Shown here in pieces: positions 39,215 to 50,023 of a stretch of DNA of 64,000 bases. The stretch is from assembly GCA_965218435.1 (NCBI GenBank), contig CBDCKW010000009.1, forward strand, positions 3,616,001 to 3,680,000. The letters run 5' to 3'. Origin of the DNA: Truepera sp. (lineage in GTDB: Bacteria > Deinococcota > Deinococci > Deinococcales > Trueperaceae). The notes beneath the pieces are model-generated. The model searched no databases. It had not been told where the DNA came from and saw only the letters and a list, made by a program, of their open reading frames with translations. The position numbers were made by a program, and so were the translations under genes. Each line of letters opens with the position of its first letter. The first letter of the stretch is position 1.

Positions 39215-40540
39215 TTACTTAGTAGCGACCTCTACGCCAGAGTGCGCAGCGGCTTTAAGTCCGGTTAAGTCTTCTAGGTCGATTTCAAGTTCGCCCATCG
39301 CGGTATCGGCGTCGTTGGCACCGGTCAACACGTCATGGACAGCGGTAAAGAACGCTTTTGAAACTTGGGCGTAACGTGGCGCGGTGACCGTCGAAGGACG
39401 GGCGACAGCGTTTTGGAATACCGGCAAGAGGTCGGCAAACCAAGAGACGTTTGAATCGAGTAACTTCTGGTCTTGGTAGACAGCTTCAATTGTCGGCAGT
39501 GCAGCGGTTGCTATCGCGTGCGTAAGTTGCTCGTCATAGGAGGTCATAAAGCGAGCTACATCAACGGCGACGTCGGGGTTTTTGCTGTACTTGTTAACTG
39601 CTAATTGCCAACCGCCCAAGGTCGCAGCGGGGGAACCGTCCTGACCTGCAGGCAAGGTGGTGATACCAACTGAGTCGGCGATGGGGCTGTCGTCAGCGGT
39701 TGCTAAGCTATAGGCGTAGGGCCAGTTACGCATAAAAACGGCGTTCCCGTTTTGGAAAATCTGCCGAGCATCTTCCTCTTGAAAGCCAGTTACCGCTCTT
39801 GGTGAGATGGTACCGACCCAGCCCGCAGCGGCGTCAAGTGCGGCAATGGTTTGGTCGTTATAGACTTCGATCTGACCTTCAGGGCTGATAATGCTGCCGC
39901 CGCCGAACGAAGAAATCCACTCTAAGGCGTCGCAGGTCAGGCCCTCATAGGCGTCGCCCTGCCAAACATAACCGGTAAAGTCAGGGTTGTTGGCCCCTTC
40001 ACCCTCCATAATTTTGGTTGCCATCTCTTGCAACTCGGTCCAGGTTTTCGGCGGGTTGTCGTAGCCGTACTTTTTCAGCAAGTCGGTGCGGTAGTAGAGC
40101 AGACCGGCGTCGGTAAAGTACGGAATCCCAACGAGCTTACCGTCTACCGTATTGTTTTCGACGATAGGTTGGAAGAACGCTTTCATATCGTCGGCAACAC
40201 CGTCGTACTGATTAAAGTCGATAAGGTGCTGTTGCAGGTCACCCGGCCAGATCACGTCAATCTCTAACAGGTCTGCGTCACTCGATTGCGCTTCGAAAAG
40301 CTGCAGATAGAGGGCGTAGCGGTCAGTAGTTGACTCAGGCCCCTGCTGCACGTTGACCGTGACGTTATAGTCTTGGCCATTGATGGTGTGAGGGTTGGCG
40401 CTCTGGTAACGTTGGGCGGCGGCCTTGGAGTACTGGATGGCCTGAGCGGTGTTCCCTGTCAACCACGTTATAGAGACGTTTTTTTGGGCAAACGCCATCC
40501 CTGCAGTTAACAGTGCTGCAGCTACTAAAACCTTCTTCAT
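39215..40540 (-). CDS. Carbohydrate ABC substrate-binding protein (trehalose/maltose-type)
   Basis: Signal peptide; IDVIWPG, FTDAGLLYYRTDLL, WQGDAYEGLTC, FMRNWPYAY, ATLGGWQL. Confidence 0.88.
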   Translation of the reverse strand: MKKVLVAAALLTAGMAFAQKNVSITWLTGNTAQAIQYSKAAAQRYQSANPHTINGQDYNVTVNVQQGPESTTDRYALYLQLFEAQSSDADLLEIDVIWPGDLQQHLIDFNQYDGVADDMKAFFQPIVENNTVDGKLVGIPYFTDAGLLYYRTDLLKKYGYDNPPKTWTELQEMATKIMEGEGANNPDFTGYVWQGDAYEGLTCDALEWISSFGGGSIISPEGQIEVYNDQTIAALDAAAGWVGTISPRAVTGFQEEDARQIFQNGNAVFMRNWPYAYSLATADDSPIADSVGITTLPAGQDGSPAATLGGWQLAVNKYSKNPDVAVDVARFMTSYDEQLTHAIATAALPTIEAVYQDQKLLDSNVSWFADLLPVFQNAVARPSTVTAPRYAQVSKAFFTAVHDVLTGANDADTAMGELEIDLEDLTGLKAAAHSGVEVATK

Positions 40541-40814
40541 TTTTCACCTCTTTCTTAAATTTCTTTCACGTCAAGACGACTACTGTTTAGGTGTCCTACC
40601 GCACATGTGTTAACGAGGTCCTTAAAGCAAACTAGCCGTTTTGATAAAGAGATTGTAGCAATCTTAAGGCGCAACTGCAAGGCGTTTAGCTTACGGTTTC
40701 TTCATGCTGGACGCTTTTTGTTATTTGTTACAAGAGCTTGTCATATGTAAAAACGCACCCAAAAATTCCACTTTTTTTATTCGCATCGCTGTATTTGCGC
40801 TTTTGGAATCATGT

Positions 40815-40837
40815 AAAACCCCGTCATGGTGACGGGG
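40815..40837 (-). terminator. Intrinsic terminator downstream of ruvB
   Basis: CCCCGTCA-N3-TGACGGGG followed by TTTT on the minus strand. Confidence 0.7.
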
Positions 40838-40871
40838 CTCTACGTTTTATAGGGGGATGATGCAGCGTCTT

Positions 40872-41939
40872 TTAAGCGGCGTCCTGATCTTCTGCCCTGT
40901 CTTCGTTGTCCTCGGGGTCTTCGTTATCCAGGTCATCTTCAGCTGGGCTGGCTTCGGCAGCAAACAACCCGGACTGCGCAGGTGGGGTGTAGGTGTAGCC
41001 GAGGTGCGTGTAGGCGCGCTCAGTAGCGACGCGGCCCCGTGGAGTACGGCTTAACAGGCCGTTTTGAATCAAGAACGGTTCGTAGACTTCCTCGAGCGTA
41101 TTGCCGTCTTCACCTACTGACGTCGCCAGGGTATTGACGCCGGTCGGCCCCCCGGCAAATTTGGTGATTAAAGCTTCCAAGATCACGCGGTCACGGGCCT
41201 CGAGGCCGAGTTCATCAATGTCGAGTTCATTGAGGGCGCTTTTCGCACGGGCTAGACTCACGGTGTCTTCGCCCGCGACTTCGGCAAAGTCGCGGACGCG
41301 GCGCAAGAGGCGTTTGGCGATACGCATGGTGCCGCGCGCTCGCCGCCCAACCTCTAAGGCGGCGTCGGGGTCAATCTTAAAGCCGAGCAGGTCGGCGTCA
41401 CGTGAGACCCCGGCGGCGAGTTCTTCGGTGGTGTAGTACTCTAAGTGTTCGATAATCCCGAAACGGCTCCGCATCGGGCCGGTAATGAGCCCCGAACGGG
41501 TCGTTGCGCCGACCAGCGTAAAACGTGGCAGATCGAGCCGGATGGTGCGGGCAGCCGGACCTTGACCCAAAATGATGTCTACCTTAAAGTCTTCCATCGC
41601 CGGGTAGAGGTGTTCTTCAGCAACGCGGCCCAGACGGTGAATCTCATCAATAAAGAGCACGTCGCCGTCGTCTAAGGCGTTGGTTAGGATGGCGGCCAAA
41701 TCGCCGGGTTTTTCGATGGCGGGGCCGCTCGTCACGCGGATATTGACCCCGAGTTCGTACGCGACGATATGCGCCAAGGTCGTTTTGCCGAGTCCGGGGG
41801 GGCCGTAGAGCAGCACGTGATCCAGAGCTTCACCACGGTTTTTGGCCGCGCTCAGGTAGACGCCGAGCTTCTCTTTTAACTTTTTTTGCCCCACGTAGTC
41901 GTCTAGCGAGCGTGGGCGCAGCGCACCGTCGAGTTCCAT
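40872..41939 (-). CDS. ruvB: Holliday junction branch migration helicase RuvB
   Basis: [48 protein letters not shown]...RTPRGR. Confidence 0.97.
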   Translation of the reverse strand: MELDGALRPRSLDDYVGQKKLKEKLGVYLSAAKNRGEALDHVLLYGPPGLGKTTLAHIVAYELGVNIRVTSGPAIEKPGDLAAILTNALDDGDVLFIDEIHRLGRVAEEHLYPAMEDFKVDIILGQGPAARTIRLDLPRFTLVGATTRSGLITGPMRSRFGIIEHLEYYTTEELAAGVSRDADLLGFKIDPDAALEVGRRARGTMRIAKRLLRRVRDFAEVAGEDTVSLARAKSALNELDIDELGLEARDRVILEALITKFAGGPTGVNTLATSVGEDGNTLEEVYEPFLIQNGLLSRTPRGRVATERAYTHLGYTYTPPAQSGLFAAEASPAEDDLDNEDPEDNEDRAEDQDAA

Positions 41940-42039
41940 TCTTAGTAGCGTAGCACGTACCAGGAGAGTATCAGACCACCTGCCCGACCAAAATATATCG
42001 CGTGTGGGACGGGATTCTTACAGTGTTACGTCGTTTGGC

Positions 42040-42939
42040 TCAGGTATTTGCTGAAGTCAAGGTGTCCACGTTTAGAGGGGCCAAAAGGGACTCGAGTTCC
42101 GCCGTATCCGTAAATTCCAAGAGGGGCGCACGGGGATACCCGGCGTCAAGGCCCTGAAGCTTGAGCGCCGCCTTAAGGCCCGGAATCCCAAAGCGTGTAG
42201 TGACAGCCTGAGCGAGCGGGTTGAGGCTAAATTGTAAGGCTCGAGCCGTCTCTAAATCACCTTTGTGAAACGCGTCGTAAAGTCCTCGGCAGGGCCGAGC
42301 GGCAACATTGGCCACCGCCAAAATGCCCCCACGTGCGCCGAGCGCGAGCGCGGCCAAAAAAGTTGGGGCGCTGCCGGTCATGACCTGAAAGTCTTTCGGG
42401 ACGCGGCGCATGGTTTCGCTCAGGGCGGCAACGTTGCCCGACGAGTCTTTAAGCCCAACAATATTTGGGTGCTGCGCGAGGCTGGCAATAAGTGTAGGAC
42501 TGAGGGCGAGCGTGGTGACCGACGGGATGTTATAGAGCAGCACGGGCAGGGTGCTCTCGTCGGCAAGCGTTTCGTAGTGCGTCCGTAAAACCGTATCGGT
42601 CATCGCAGCCGGGTAGTAGTGCGGCGGTAAGACGAGCACCGCGTCTGCGCCGAGCTCATGCGCCTCTCGGTTACGCGCCGTGACAAGCTGCGTCGCCTCA
42701 CCGCCGGTGCCGACGAGCAGCGGTTTGGTTTTAGAGATAACTGCCCTAGCCGCCTCAACGACTTGACGCCGTTCGGCTGCGGTCAAAAAAGCTGCTTCGC
42801 CGTTGCTGCCTAAGAGTAAAAACCCGTCTACCTGGGGCTCGAGCCGCTGCAAAAGCTCTTGTAACGCCGCTGTATCTACGTCGCCGGTACGGGTAAACGG
42901 GGTAGGAACCGGGGGGATGATGCCTTGGAGGTTGATCAT
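42040..42939 (-). CDS. Dihydrodipicolinate synthase-family aldolase (HOGA-like)
   Basis: PTPF, GSNGE, LYNIP, IVGLKDS. Confidence 0.85.
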   Translation of the reverse strand: MINLQGIIPPVPTPFTRTGDVDTAALQELLQRLEPQVDGFLLLGSNGEAAFLTAAERRQVVEAARAVISKTKPLLVGTGGEATQLVTARNREAHELGADAVLVLPPHYYPAAMTDTVLRTHYETLADESTLPVLLYNIPSVTTLALSPTLIASLAQHPNIVGLKDSSGNVAALSETMRRVPKDFQVMTGSAPTFLAALALGARGGILAVANVAARPCRGLYDAFHKGDLETARALQFSLNPLAQAVTTRFGIPGLKAALKLQGLDAGYPRAPLLEFTDTAELESLLAPLNVDTLTSANT

Positions 42940-42955
42940 GCTTAAGTTTACCCGC

Positions 42956-43009
42956 CCAGCAACTATGAAAACGCTAGGAACTGTGAAAACGCCAGCAACT
43001 GTGAAAACG
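42956..43009 (+). repeat. 18-bp tandem repeat x3
   Basis: CCAGCAACTATGAAAACG / CTAGGAACTGTGAAAACG / CCAGCAACTGTGAAAACG. Confidence 0.85.
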
Positions 43010-43122
43010 GTTGTACCCCGAGCTCTTAACTCGAGTCATCCTCTAGTTTGCTTCTGTTCTAAAGGTGCAGGTCTGATCGTCGCGCGTCCTTTAAGATAGC
43101 CTGGAGAAAGCGCAGGTGAACC

Positions 43123-44739
43123 GTGGCCGACCACGCCGCACAGCCGTGTAATGAAGGGGTTATTCGTTCGGGGAAACACGACGAAACCCACCCCCAAACG
43201 TCGCGTCCCTGGGTGCTGGCTGCGACCATTTTGGGCTCGTCGCTCGCGTCGGTCACGACTTCAGCCGTCAACGTTGCTTTGCCCAACTTGCAAACTGCGC
43301 TTAACACTACGCTCGTGAACGCGCAGTGGGTGGTCAACGCCTACACGCTCTTTTTGGCGGCGCTGATCTTGCTCGGGGGCTCGCTCGGGGACCACTACGG
43401 GCGCAAACGCGTATTTGTTCTCGGCACCCTGATCTTCGGCGCGGCGTCGGTGTGGTGCGGCCTCGCGCCGAACGTCACGCAACTGATCGTCGCACGCGGC
43501 GTGCAAGGCGTCGGTGGGGCGCTCTTAACCCCCGGTTCGCTGGCGATACTCAGCGCGGCGTTTCCGGAGAGTGAACGCGGGAAAGCTATCGGCCTCTGGT
43601 CGGGGTTTTTAGCGATTACCACGGCGGCGGGGCCGGTTTTGGGCGGCTTTGTGACCGACGCATTGTCGTGGCGCTGGGTGTTTTTTATGGTCGTCCCGCT
43701 GGCGCTCCTGGTCGTCTTGATTACGCTCTGGCGCGTGCCCGAAAGCCGCGATGATGAGGCCACCGGCGGCCTCGACTACGGCGGGGCGCTCCTAGTCACG
43801 CTCGGTTTAGGCGGGCTGACGTTCGGGCTCTTGCGTTCCTCGAGCACTTCGTGGGGCGATCCGGTTGTGCTCGTCTCTTTAGGACTCGGCGTCCTTTTAT
43901 CGGCAGGTTTTTTGTGGCTCGAGACGCGTGTCGAAGGGCCGATGATGCCGCCCAGACTCTTCCGCAGCCGCACCTTTACCGGGGCCAACCTCCTCACCCT
44001 ATTTTTGTACGCGGCGCTCGGGGCGGCGCTATTCTTTTTGCCCTACCATTTTCAGAGCGTGCAGGGCTATAGCGCAGCGCAGACCGGGTTGGCGCTCTTA
44101 CCGATGATCCTCTTAATGACGCTGCTCGCACGTTGGGCCGGAGGGTTGGTAGACCGCGTGGGGGCAAAACTGCCGCTGATGGTCGGGCCGAGCATTGTCG
44201 CGGTAGGGTTCGCGCTGCTGGCCATTCCCGGCCTGAACGCGAACTACTGGACGACCTTTTTCCCGGCGCTCTTGGTACTGGGCTTCGGCTTGGCGGTGTC
44301 GGTCGCGCCGCTGACGACGACTGTGATGAACGCCGTCCCGACGCATCAGGCAGGGACAGCTTCGGGGGTGAACAACGCGGCGGCGCGGCTGGCGAACCTC
44401 CTAGCGGTCGCAGTTTTCGGCGTGGTGATTTTGCTCGTTTTTAACCCGGCGCTGACCTCAAACCTCGCCCCACTTTCTTTGCCGCAGGGGGCCAGCGAGC
44501 AGATTGACGCGCAGCGTACCGACCTCGTAAATATCCGTGCGCCGGAAGGCTTGCCTGATCAGACGCGTGCGGAGGTCGAAACGGCCGTTAAGGGGGCCTT
44601 TGTCAGCGGGTTCCGTTTTGTGACCTTGGTATGTGCGGGGCTGGCGGTGCTGAGCGCCCTGATCGCTTGGCGCACGGTTGAGGGGAAAGGCGAGGATGAG
44701 GGGAGTAAGAATGGTGACTCGAGTCCGAGCACTTCGTAG
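43123..44739 (+). CDS. MFS transporter, DHA2 (14-TMS) family
   Basis: VNVALP, QWVVNAY, GSLGDHYGRKR, QGVGGALLTPGSLA, WRWVFF. Confidence 0.9.
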   Translation: MADHAAQPCNEGVIRSGKHDETHPQTSRPWVLAATILGSSLASVTTSAVNVALPNLQTALNTTLVNAQWVVNAYTLFLAALILLGGSLGDHYGRKRVFVLGTLIFGAASVWCGLAPNVTQLIVARGVQGVGGALLTPGSLAILSAAFPESERGKAIGLWSGFLAITTAAGPVLGGFVTDALSWRWVFFMVVPLALLVVLITLWRVPESRDDEATGGLDYGGALLVTLGLGGLTFGLLRSSSTSWGDPVVLVSLGLGVLLSAGFLWLETRVEGPMMPPRLFRSRTFTGANLLTLFLYAALGAALFFLPYHFQSVQGYSAAQTGLALLPMILLMTLLARWAGGLVDRVGAKLPLMVGPSIVAVGFALLAIPGLNANYWTTFFPALLVLGFGLAVSVAPLTTTVMNAVPTHQAGTASGVNNAAARLANLLAVAVFGVVILLVFNPALTSNLAPLSLPQGASEQIDAQRTDLVNIRAPEGLPDQTRAEVETAVKGAFVSGFRFVTLVCAGLAVLSALIAWRTVEGKGEDEGSKNGDSSPSTS

Positions 44740-44983
44740 AAAGAGTCTCGGCCTAGAGCCTGTTATAAATGAGGCAATTGTGACTGCTGTTATCGCTACT
44801 GAACTTGCGTCTTGCACAGCAGTTGAACTGTTTAGAGGTTTCAGCACTTCGGACTCGAGCCTGCCTTTAAGCTCCAAACACACCCAAAAAATTGCTGCCG
44901 AAAGTGCGAAAAGCTAGCCTGGGACGGATTTCCTGAGTGTCAACCAAACAGCTCGAATAAATCTCCAAGGTTCATAACACGCT

Positions 44984-45481
44984 TTAGGGACGCACTTTTT
45001 CAAGTTCTACAAAAGCGAAAGGTGTTTGCCCTTTATATTCATAGGGGTCACATTCGTTCTTAAAAAGCGACGCGTACTCAAAGGTATACGCGGTGTCAAG
45101 TCGGTCGCCGTAAAAAACATCTGAGCAAAGCGAATAGTGAAGGGTGCCGTTTGGGTCGGTTAAGGTCAGCGCAAGTATCCCCATCTGCGGGAGCGCCTGC
45201 GCTGACAGGTAGCCGAGGTTTGGATTCGCCAGCTCGTAGCCTTCAACGTTGTAGGTCTCAGCGCCTAACGTAGCACTGCCCGAGAATGTGTACCGCGTTT
45301 TAGTGACCTCGGTAACTTTTGTCTCGATACGCAGTCCAATCGGTACCGCTCTATCATCCGTTTGATAAAAACCAATAAATGTACCCGTCATATAGGGCTG
45401 GCTTTCAATATACTGAGAGCAGCCCACAAGTGCAAGCAGAAGCAAGAAGAAACCCAAACGTGTCACAAATGAGCTTAGCAT
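44984..45481 (-). CDS. Hypothetical lipoprotein
   Basis: Lipobox LVGC after a hydrophobic stretch; no recognisable family. Confidence 0.55.
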   Translation of the reverse strand: MLSSFVTRLGFFLLLLALVGCSQYIESQPYMTGTFIGFYQTDDRAVPIGLRIETKVTEVTKTRYTFSGSATLGAETYNVEGYELANPNLGYLSAQALPQMGILALTLTDPNGTLHYSLCSDVFYGDRLDTAYTFEYASLFKNECDPYEYKGQTPFAFVELEKVRP

Positions 45482-45750
45482 GTGAGCACAAACAAGTGAG
45501 GTCGTACCTCGCTTGTCACCAACTATGCGTCAGTCTCGTCAAGCGGCGACAAAGGCACAACTTGGGGTGCTGCTCCGACTCACATAAAAAACTGACAAGT
45601 TAGCTTTAGTGTGATGCAATTTCTGAAGCGTGCTACGGATTCCTTTGAGTAAAGAGGTTGTAGAGTTGAGCGGTAAGGGGCTCCGGCGCAGGCTGCTTGT
45701 GGCGCGGACTCTCTAGACAAAGCCGGAAAAGGCTCTAAGGAGGCTCGAAC

Positions 45751-46167
45751 ATGGCAACCATCGTAGAAATTGCTCAAAGTGACGGCAGATTCGGCACGCT
45801 CGTTCAGGCTTTACAAGCCGCCGACCTGGTAGACACCCTAAACGGCGACGGTCCCTTTACCGTTTTCGCGCCCACTGACGACGCTTTTGAACAGCTCGAT
45901 AACGACGTACTCAATACCCTGATGGGTGACAAAGACAAACTGACCAAGGTGCTGACTTATCACGTCGCCGACGACCGCTACACCGCCCGTGACTTGGAGG
46001 GGCTGTCGCGCCTGACGACGCTGACGGGGGACGACTTGCAGGTCTCGAGTGAGACGAACTTGCGGGTAGACGAAGCGACGATTGTACAAACCGACGTTGA
46101 GGCCGACAACGGCATCATTCAGGTGATCGACCAGGTGATTTTGCCCGAAGGTATTTTGCTCTCTTAA
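45751..46167 (+). CDS. Fasciclin (FAS1) domain protein
   Basis: GPFTVFAPTDDAF, LTYHV, ADNGIIQVID.VILP; AGGAGG RBS. Confidence 0.92.
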   Translation: MATIVEIAQSDGRFGTLVQALQAADLVDTLNGDGPFTVFAPTDDAFEQLDNDVLNTLMGDKDKLTKVLTYHVADDRYTARDLEGLSRLTTLTGDDLQVSSETNLRVDEATIVQTDVEADNGIIQVIDQVILPEGILLS

Positions 46168-46470
46168 GAAGCAGGTTTCTGCGGGTTTTGGGCCGCACCG
46201 GAGGTAGCCTAAGACCCCTTTACTTCTCAACCCTTTCAGGAACTGCCTGATGGTGGCTCAACTTTTTAACGCCCTAAGACCGACCTCGAGCCGCCGGAGT
46301 TTTGGCTTGGGATTGGTGGCCAACTGACTTGATAACGTTTTACTGTCCAGGCTTTTGGTGAAGGCTACGCCTGCTGCTACCCATAAGCCGACCTGCAGAT
46401 TTGGTTACGGGTTGCTTGTCATCTGAAGGCGGCAGTTAATCACGGCACACTTTCGTAGGGGAGCGTACTG

Positions 46471-47928
46471 GTGTCACAACAAGGGTCACAGCAAAAGCCT
46501 GCTGACGCTTCAGCTGATGCTTTAGAGCATAAGGGTAAATGGGCCATCTTGAGCGTCGTGTCTCTAGGCACTTTTATGACGGTTTTAGACGGCTCGATCG
46601 TCAATATTGCGCTGCCGAGTATCGCCAGAGCTTTTAGTATGCCCCTTAACGGTCAGATTCAGTGGGTCTCGATTGCCTATCTGATCACGCTGGCCTCGAG
46701 CCTGGTGATTTTCGGCAAACTTTCCGGCGCGTTCGGCGCGAAGCGCATCTGGCTGGCCGGCGTCACAGTGTTTACGGGTTTTTCGGTGGCCTGTGGTCTG
46801 GCTCCGGGTATCCTCTGGCTGATCGTCTTTCGCGCTTTACAAGGGGTGGGCGCAGCGATGATCTTTGCGCCCGCTGCTGAGATTATTACCGATACGTTTC
46901 CCGGTAATCAGCGCGGCCGGGCGCTTGGGATCAACGCAGTGGTTGTCTCGTTGGGTATCAGTGTCGGGCCGATTTTGGGGGGGCTTCTGACCGAATACCT
47001 CGATTGGCGCTGGATTTTTTTCGTCAACGCGCCGATCGGCGTCTTTACCTTTTTCTGGGCGCTGAGAACGTTGCCGGGTCAGCAGCGGCAAAAGGTGACC
47101 CACTTCGACTTTGTGGGTGCGGTGCTCCTCGTCCTCGGGTTGGGGGGGCTGACGCTCGGGCTTTCGTTCGGCCGAGAGTGGGGCTGGAGTTCGCTACCTG
47201 TTTTGATCGCGCTCGGAGTAGGTGTCGGCGGCGTTGCTGCAACCATCTTTGCCGAAGCGCGTATCAAAAATCCCCTCATCAACCTGGACTTATTTAAGAA
47301 CCGCACCTTCTCGTCGGCTTTTTTCAGCTTGATTTTGGCCTTTACCGCCGTGTTTGCCGTAAACTTTCTCGCGCCCTTTTATTTCGAGCAGTTGCGCGGC
47401 TTTTCAACGGTAAAGTCCGGGTTGCTCTTGACTCCGATCGCTATTGCGGTCGGGGTGGCCGGCCCGCTCTCAGGTGCGCTTTTTGATCGGACCAGCTCGA
47501 GGTTTATCGCACCCTCCGGCCTAGTCATCGTAGCTGTCGGACTTTTTCTCCTGAGTCGCTTGGACGCCAGCAGCGCCTTGTGGCTGATCATCACCGCCTC
47601 GGCGCTCGTCGGCTTGGGAAACGGTACTTTTTCGCCACCTAATACCAGTACGCTTTTAGGGGTAGCACCCAGCAGCGACCGCGGAGTCGCGTCGGCGCTC
47701 TTAGCGACCGGGCGCTCGACCGGGCAGGCGTTTGGGGTTGCGATTACCGGGGCCGTCTTCAGCGGGCTGGGCGGCTCCGCCTCCGGGCAGCGGCTGGGGC
47801 AGGGCACAGGCAGTCCGGGACTCGCCGGGACCTTTACCCACGCGTTTGACACGGCGCTGCTGGTCGCCGCCGGGATCGCGGTGCTGGCTTTTGCCGTGGC
47901 GCTCTTTAGACGTAAGCAACCAGCGTAG
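46471..47928 (+). CDS. MFS transporter, DHA2 family (tandem copy 1)
   Basis: LDGSIVNIALP, FRALQGVGAAM, WRWIFFVNAPIG. Confidence 0.9.
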   Translation: MSQQGSQQKPADASADALEHKGKWAILSVVSLGTFMTVLDGSIVNIALPSIARAFSMPLNGQIQWVSIAYLITLASSLVIFGKLSGAFGAKRIWLAGVTVFTGFSVACGLAPGILWLIVFRALQGVGAAMIFAPAAEIITDTFPGNQRGRALGINAVVVSLGISVGPILGGLLTEYLDWRWIFFVNAPIGVFTFFWALRTLPGQQRQKVTHFDFVGAVLLVLGLGGLTLGLSFGREWGWSSLPVLIALGVGVGGVAATIFAEARIKNPLINLDLFKNRTFSSAFFSLILAFTAVFAVNFLAPFYFEQLRGFSTVKSGLLLTPIAIAVGVAGPLSGALFDRTSSRFIAPSGLVIVAVGLFLLSRLDASSALWLIITASALVGLGNGTFSPPNTSTLLGVAPSSDRGVASALLATGRSTGQAFGVAITGAVFSGLGGSASGQRLGQGTGSPGLAGTFTHAFDTALLVAAGIAVLAFAVALFRRKQPA

Positions 47929-48215
47929 CGTGCTGGGTTTTGTTGGGCTTTTGGCTACAGTTGAAGATATCTGTAGCGTCTCGAAGGGGAAAAGTCAGAA
48001 TCCAGAAGTTGGACAATATAATCAAGAAATCAGCGTCTCTCACGCGCTCAGAACGTTATAAAAAAGCTCAACACAGCTTAGGCAACGATTACACCTGTGC
48101 GCTACCGGTATGGTTTGGTAGTTTGTGTCCCGTCTTATAAGCGTTCCGGGCGGCCTCAGCTTGATATGTCCAGCTTTTACGTGTCTATGACCTACGCCGC
48201 AAAAGGAGCGTGCCT

Positions 48216-49661
48216 GTGCAAATGTCTGATGCTGCAAACCAAAATAGCCTTCAGCAGCCCAAAAACAAGTGGGTTATTTTAAGCGTCATCTGTTTAGGGG
48301 CGTTTATGACGTCTTTGGACGGGTCAATTGTCAACATCGCCTTGCCGACGGTGTCTCGAGCGTTCGGGGTGGCGCTTAACGGTCAGATTCAGTGGGTGGT
48401 GATCGGTTACCTGATCGTGATTGCCGCAACGCTGCTCACCTTTGGGAGGCTCTCAGACGCGGTGGGTGCCAAACGTATCTGGTCACTGGGGATCATCTTC
48501 TTTGCCGTCAGCTCAGCGGCTTGCGGGTTCGCCCCGGCGCTGATTTGGCTGGTCGTCTTCCGTGCTGTTCAAGGGGTGGGGGCGGCGATGATCCTGGCGA
48601 CGAGCGCCGCGCTCATTACCGAGACGTTTCCGGGTAGTCAGCGGGGCCGGGCGTTAGGCATCAACGCGGTAGTCGTTTCGCTGGCGGTCAGTACCGGCCC
48701 GGTCTTGGGTGGGCTGATTACCGAATACGCCAGTTGGCGTTGGATCTTTTTTATCAATGTGCCGATTGGAGTTGTCAACTACTTCTGGACACTCCGCACT
48801 CTGCCGCCTGACCAGAAGAGTCGGGCGTCGGGTTTTGACTTTACCGGTGCGGCGCTGCTGGCGCTCGGTTTGGGCGGCCTGACCTTGGGGCTTTCGTTCG
48901 GGCGGCAGTGGGGCTGGAGTTCGCTGCCGATTTTAGCGGCGCTCGGTTTAGGCGTGCTCAGCTTTGCCGCGGCACTCTTCACTGAAACGCGGGTCAAGCG
49001 CCCGCTGATTGACCTTACCCTGTTTCAGAACCGTACCTTTACTTCCGCCACCTTTAGTCTGCTGCTCAGCTTTGTAGCTTTCTTCTCGGCAACTTTTTTG
49101 CTGCCCTTTTACCTCGAGCAGCTGCGCGGCTTTTCGACCTCGAGGGCGGGCCTGCTCCTTATCCCGCTCACAGTAGGCATCGGCCTGCTCGGACCCTTGT
49201 CCGGTGCGCTCGCAGACCGCATCGGCTCACGTTTACTCTCGCCACTCGGTTTAGCAGTTGCGGCGACGGGCCTTTTTCTGATCAGCCGTTTTGACGCCAC
49301 TACTGCGGTCTGGTTTGTTGTCATTGCGCTTTCTATCAGCGGTATCGGGCTGGGCATCTTCGCGTCGCCGAACTCGAGTTCGCTGATGGGCGCGGTAGCG
49401 GGCAACAAACGCGGCGTCGCCTCGGGGCTTTTGGCGACCAGCCGCACAGTGGGTCAAGCTTTTGGTATCGCGGTGTCCGGCGCAATCTTTGGGGGTCTCG
49501 GCGGCGCGGTCGCGGGCGACCGGCTCGCGCAGGGCGAGGCGGGTGCGGGCCTAGCAACGACTTTTACTCGAGCGTTCGATACGGCCCTATTGGTCGCAGC
49601 GGGGGTCGCAGTGTTGGCTTTCGCCGTGGCTTTAGTTAGGAACAGAAGGCAAGACACGTAA
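48216..49661 (+). CDS. MFS transporter, DHA2 family (tandem copy 2)
   Basis: LDGSIVNIALP, GRLSDAVGAKR, WRWIFFINVPIG; AGGAG RBS. Confidence 0.9.
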   Translation: MQMSDAANQNSLQQPKNKWVILSVICLGAFMTSLDGSIVNIALPTVSRAFGVALNGQIQWVVIGYLIVIAATLLTFGRLSDAVGAKRIWSLGIIFFAVSSAACGFAPALIWLVVFRAVQGVGAAMILATSAALITETFPGSQRGRALGINAVVVSLAVSTGPVLGGLITEYASWRWIFFINVPIGVVNYFWTLRTLPPDQKSRASGFDFTGAALLALGLGGLTLGLSFGRQWGWSSLPILAALGLGVLSFAAALFTETRVKRPLIDLTLFQNRTFTSATFSLLLSFVAFFSATFLLPFYLEQLRGFSTSRAGLLLIPLTVGIGLLGPLSGALADRIGSRLLSPLGLAVAATGLFLISRFDATTAVWFVVIALSISGIGLGIFASPNSSSLMGAVAGNKRGVASGLLATSRTVGQAFGIAVSGAIFGGLGGAVAGDRLAQGEAGAGLATTFTRAFDTALLVAAGVAVLAFAVALVRNRRQDT

Positions 49662-49693
49662 ACTACAGCCCCCAGCACATCCTACGAACCAGC

Positions 49694-50023
49694 CTAAAGA
49701 GACAACAGCGTCAGCGCAATTAGGAGTGCGTGGAGCGGCGGCGCGAGCGGGGCCAAGCGCATGATACGGGGCCGCTCTGTAAAAAAGCCGATCCAACCTG
49801 CAGCCACCGCGCCCAAAACAGTGATCGGATAGGTATGCGTCACTAGAGTCGCGCCGAGCGGCAACCTTACCGGTGTACCCTCTACATCCAATAGGGTCAG
49901 CAAAACGAGCACAAACCAGCAGATGATCGAAACCAGATACGCGGGTGTGGTCACAATCAGGGCCAAAAACCCGGCCGGTGTGGGCTGCCGCCGGTCAAGC
50001 ACCGGCTCACGGTAGTGCCGCAT
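49694..50023 (-). CDS. Small hypothetical membrane protein
   Basis: 3 hydrophobic segments; TATACT 6 nt before the ATG. Confidence 0.55.
   Translation of the reverse strand: MRHYREPVLDRRQPTPAGFLALIVTTPAYLVSIICWFVLVLLTLLDVEGTPVRLPLGATLVTHTYPITVLGAVAAGWIGFFTERPRIMRLAPLAPPLHALLIALTLLSL

Noticed and set aside
36330..41090. CTCGAG-poor sugar ABC operon as a foreign island
   Set aside because: Only one site seen, but there are no mobility signs and other native-looking stretches also have 1-2 kb gaps; insufficient alone
46168..46470. Riboswitch or ncRNA in long intergenic regions (also 10532-11204 and 52207-52560)
   Set aside because: No recognisable consensus or convincing structure by eye; needs an Rfam scan
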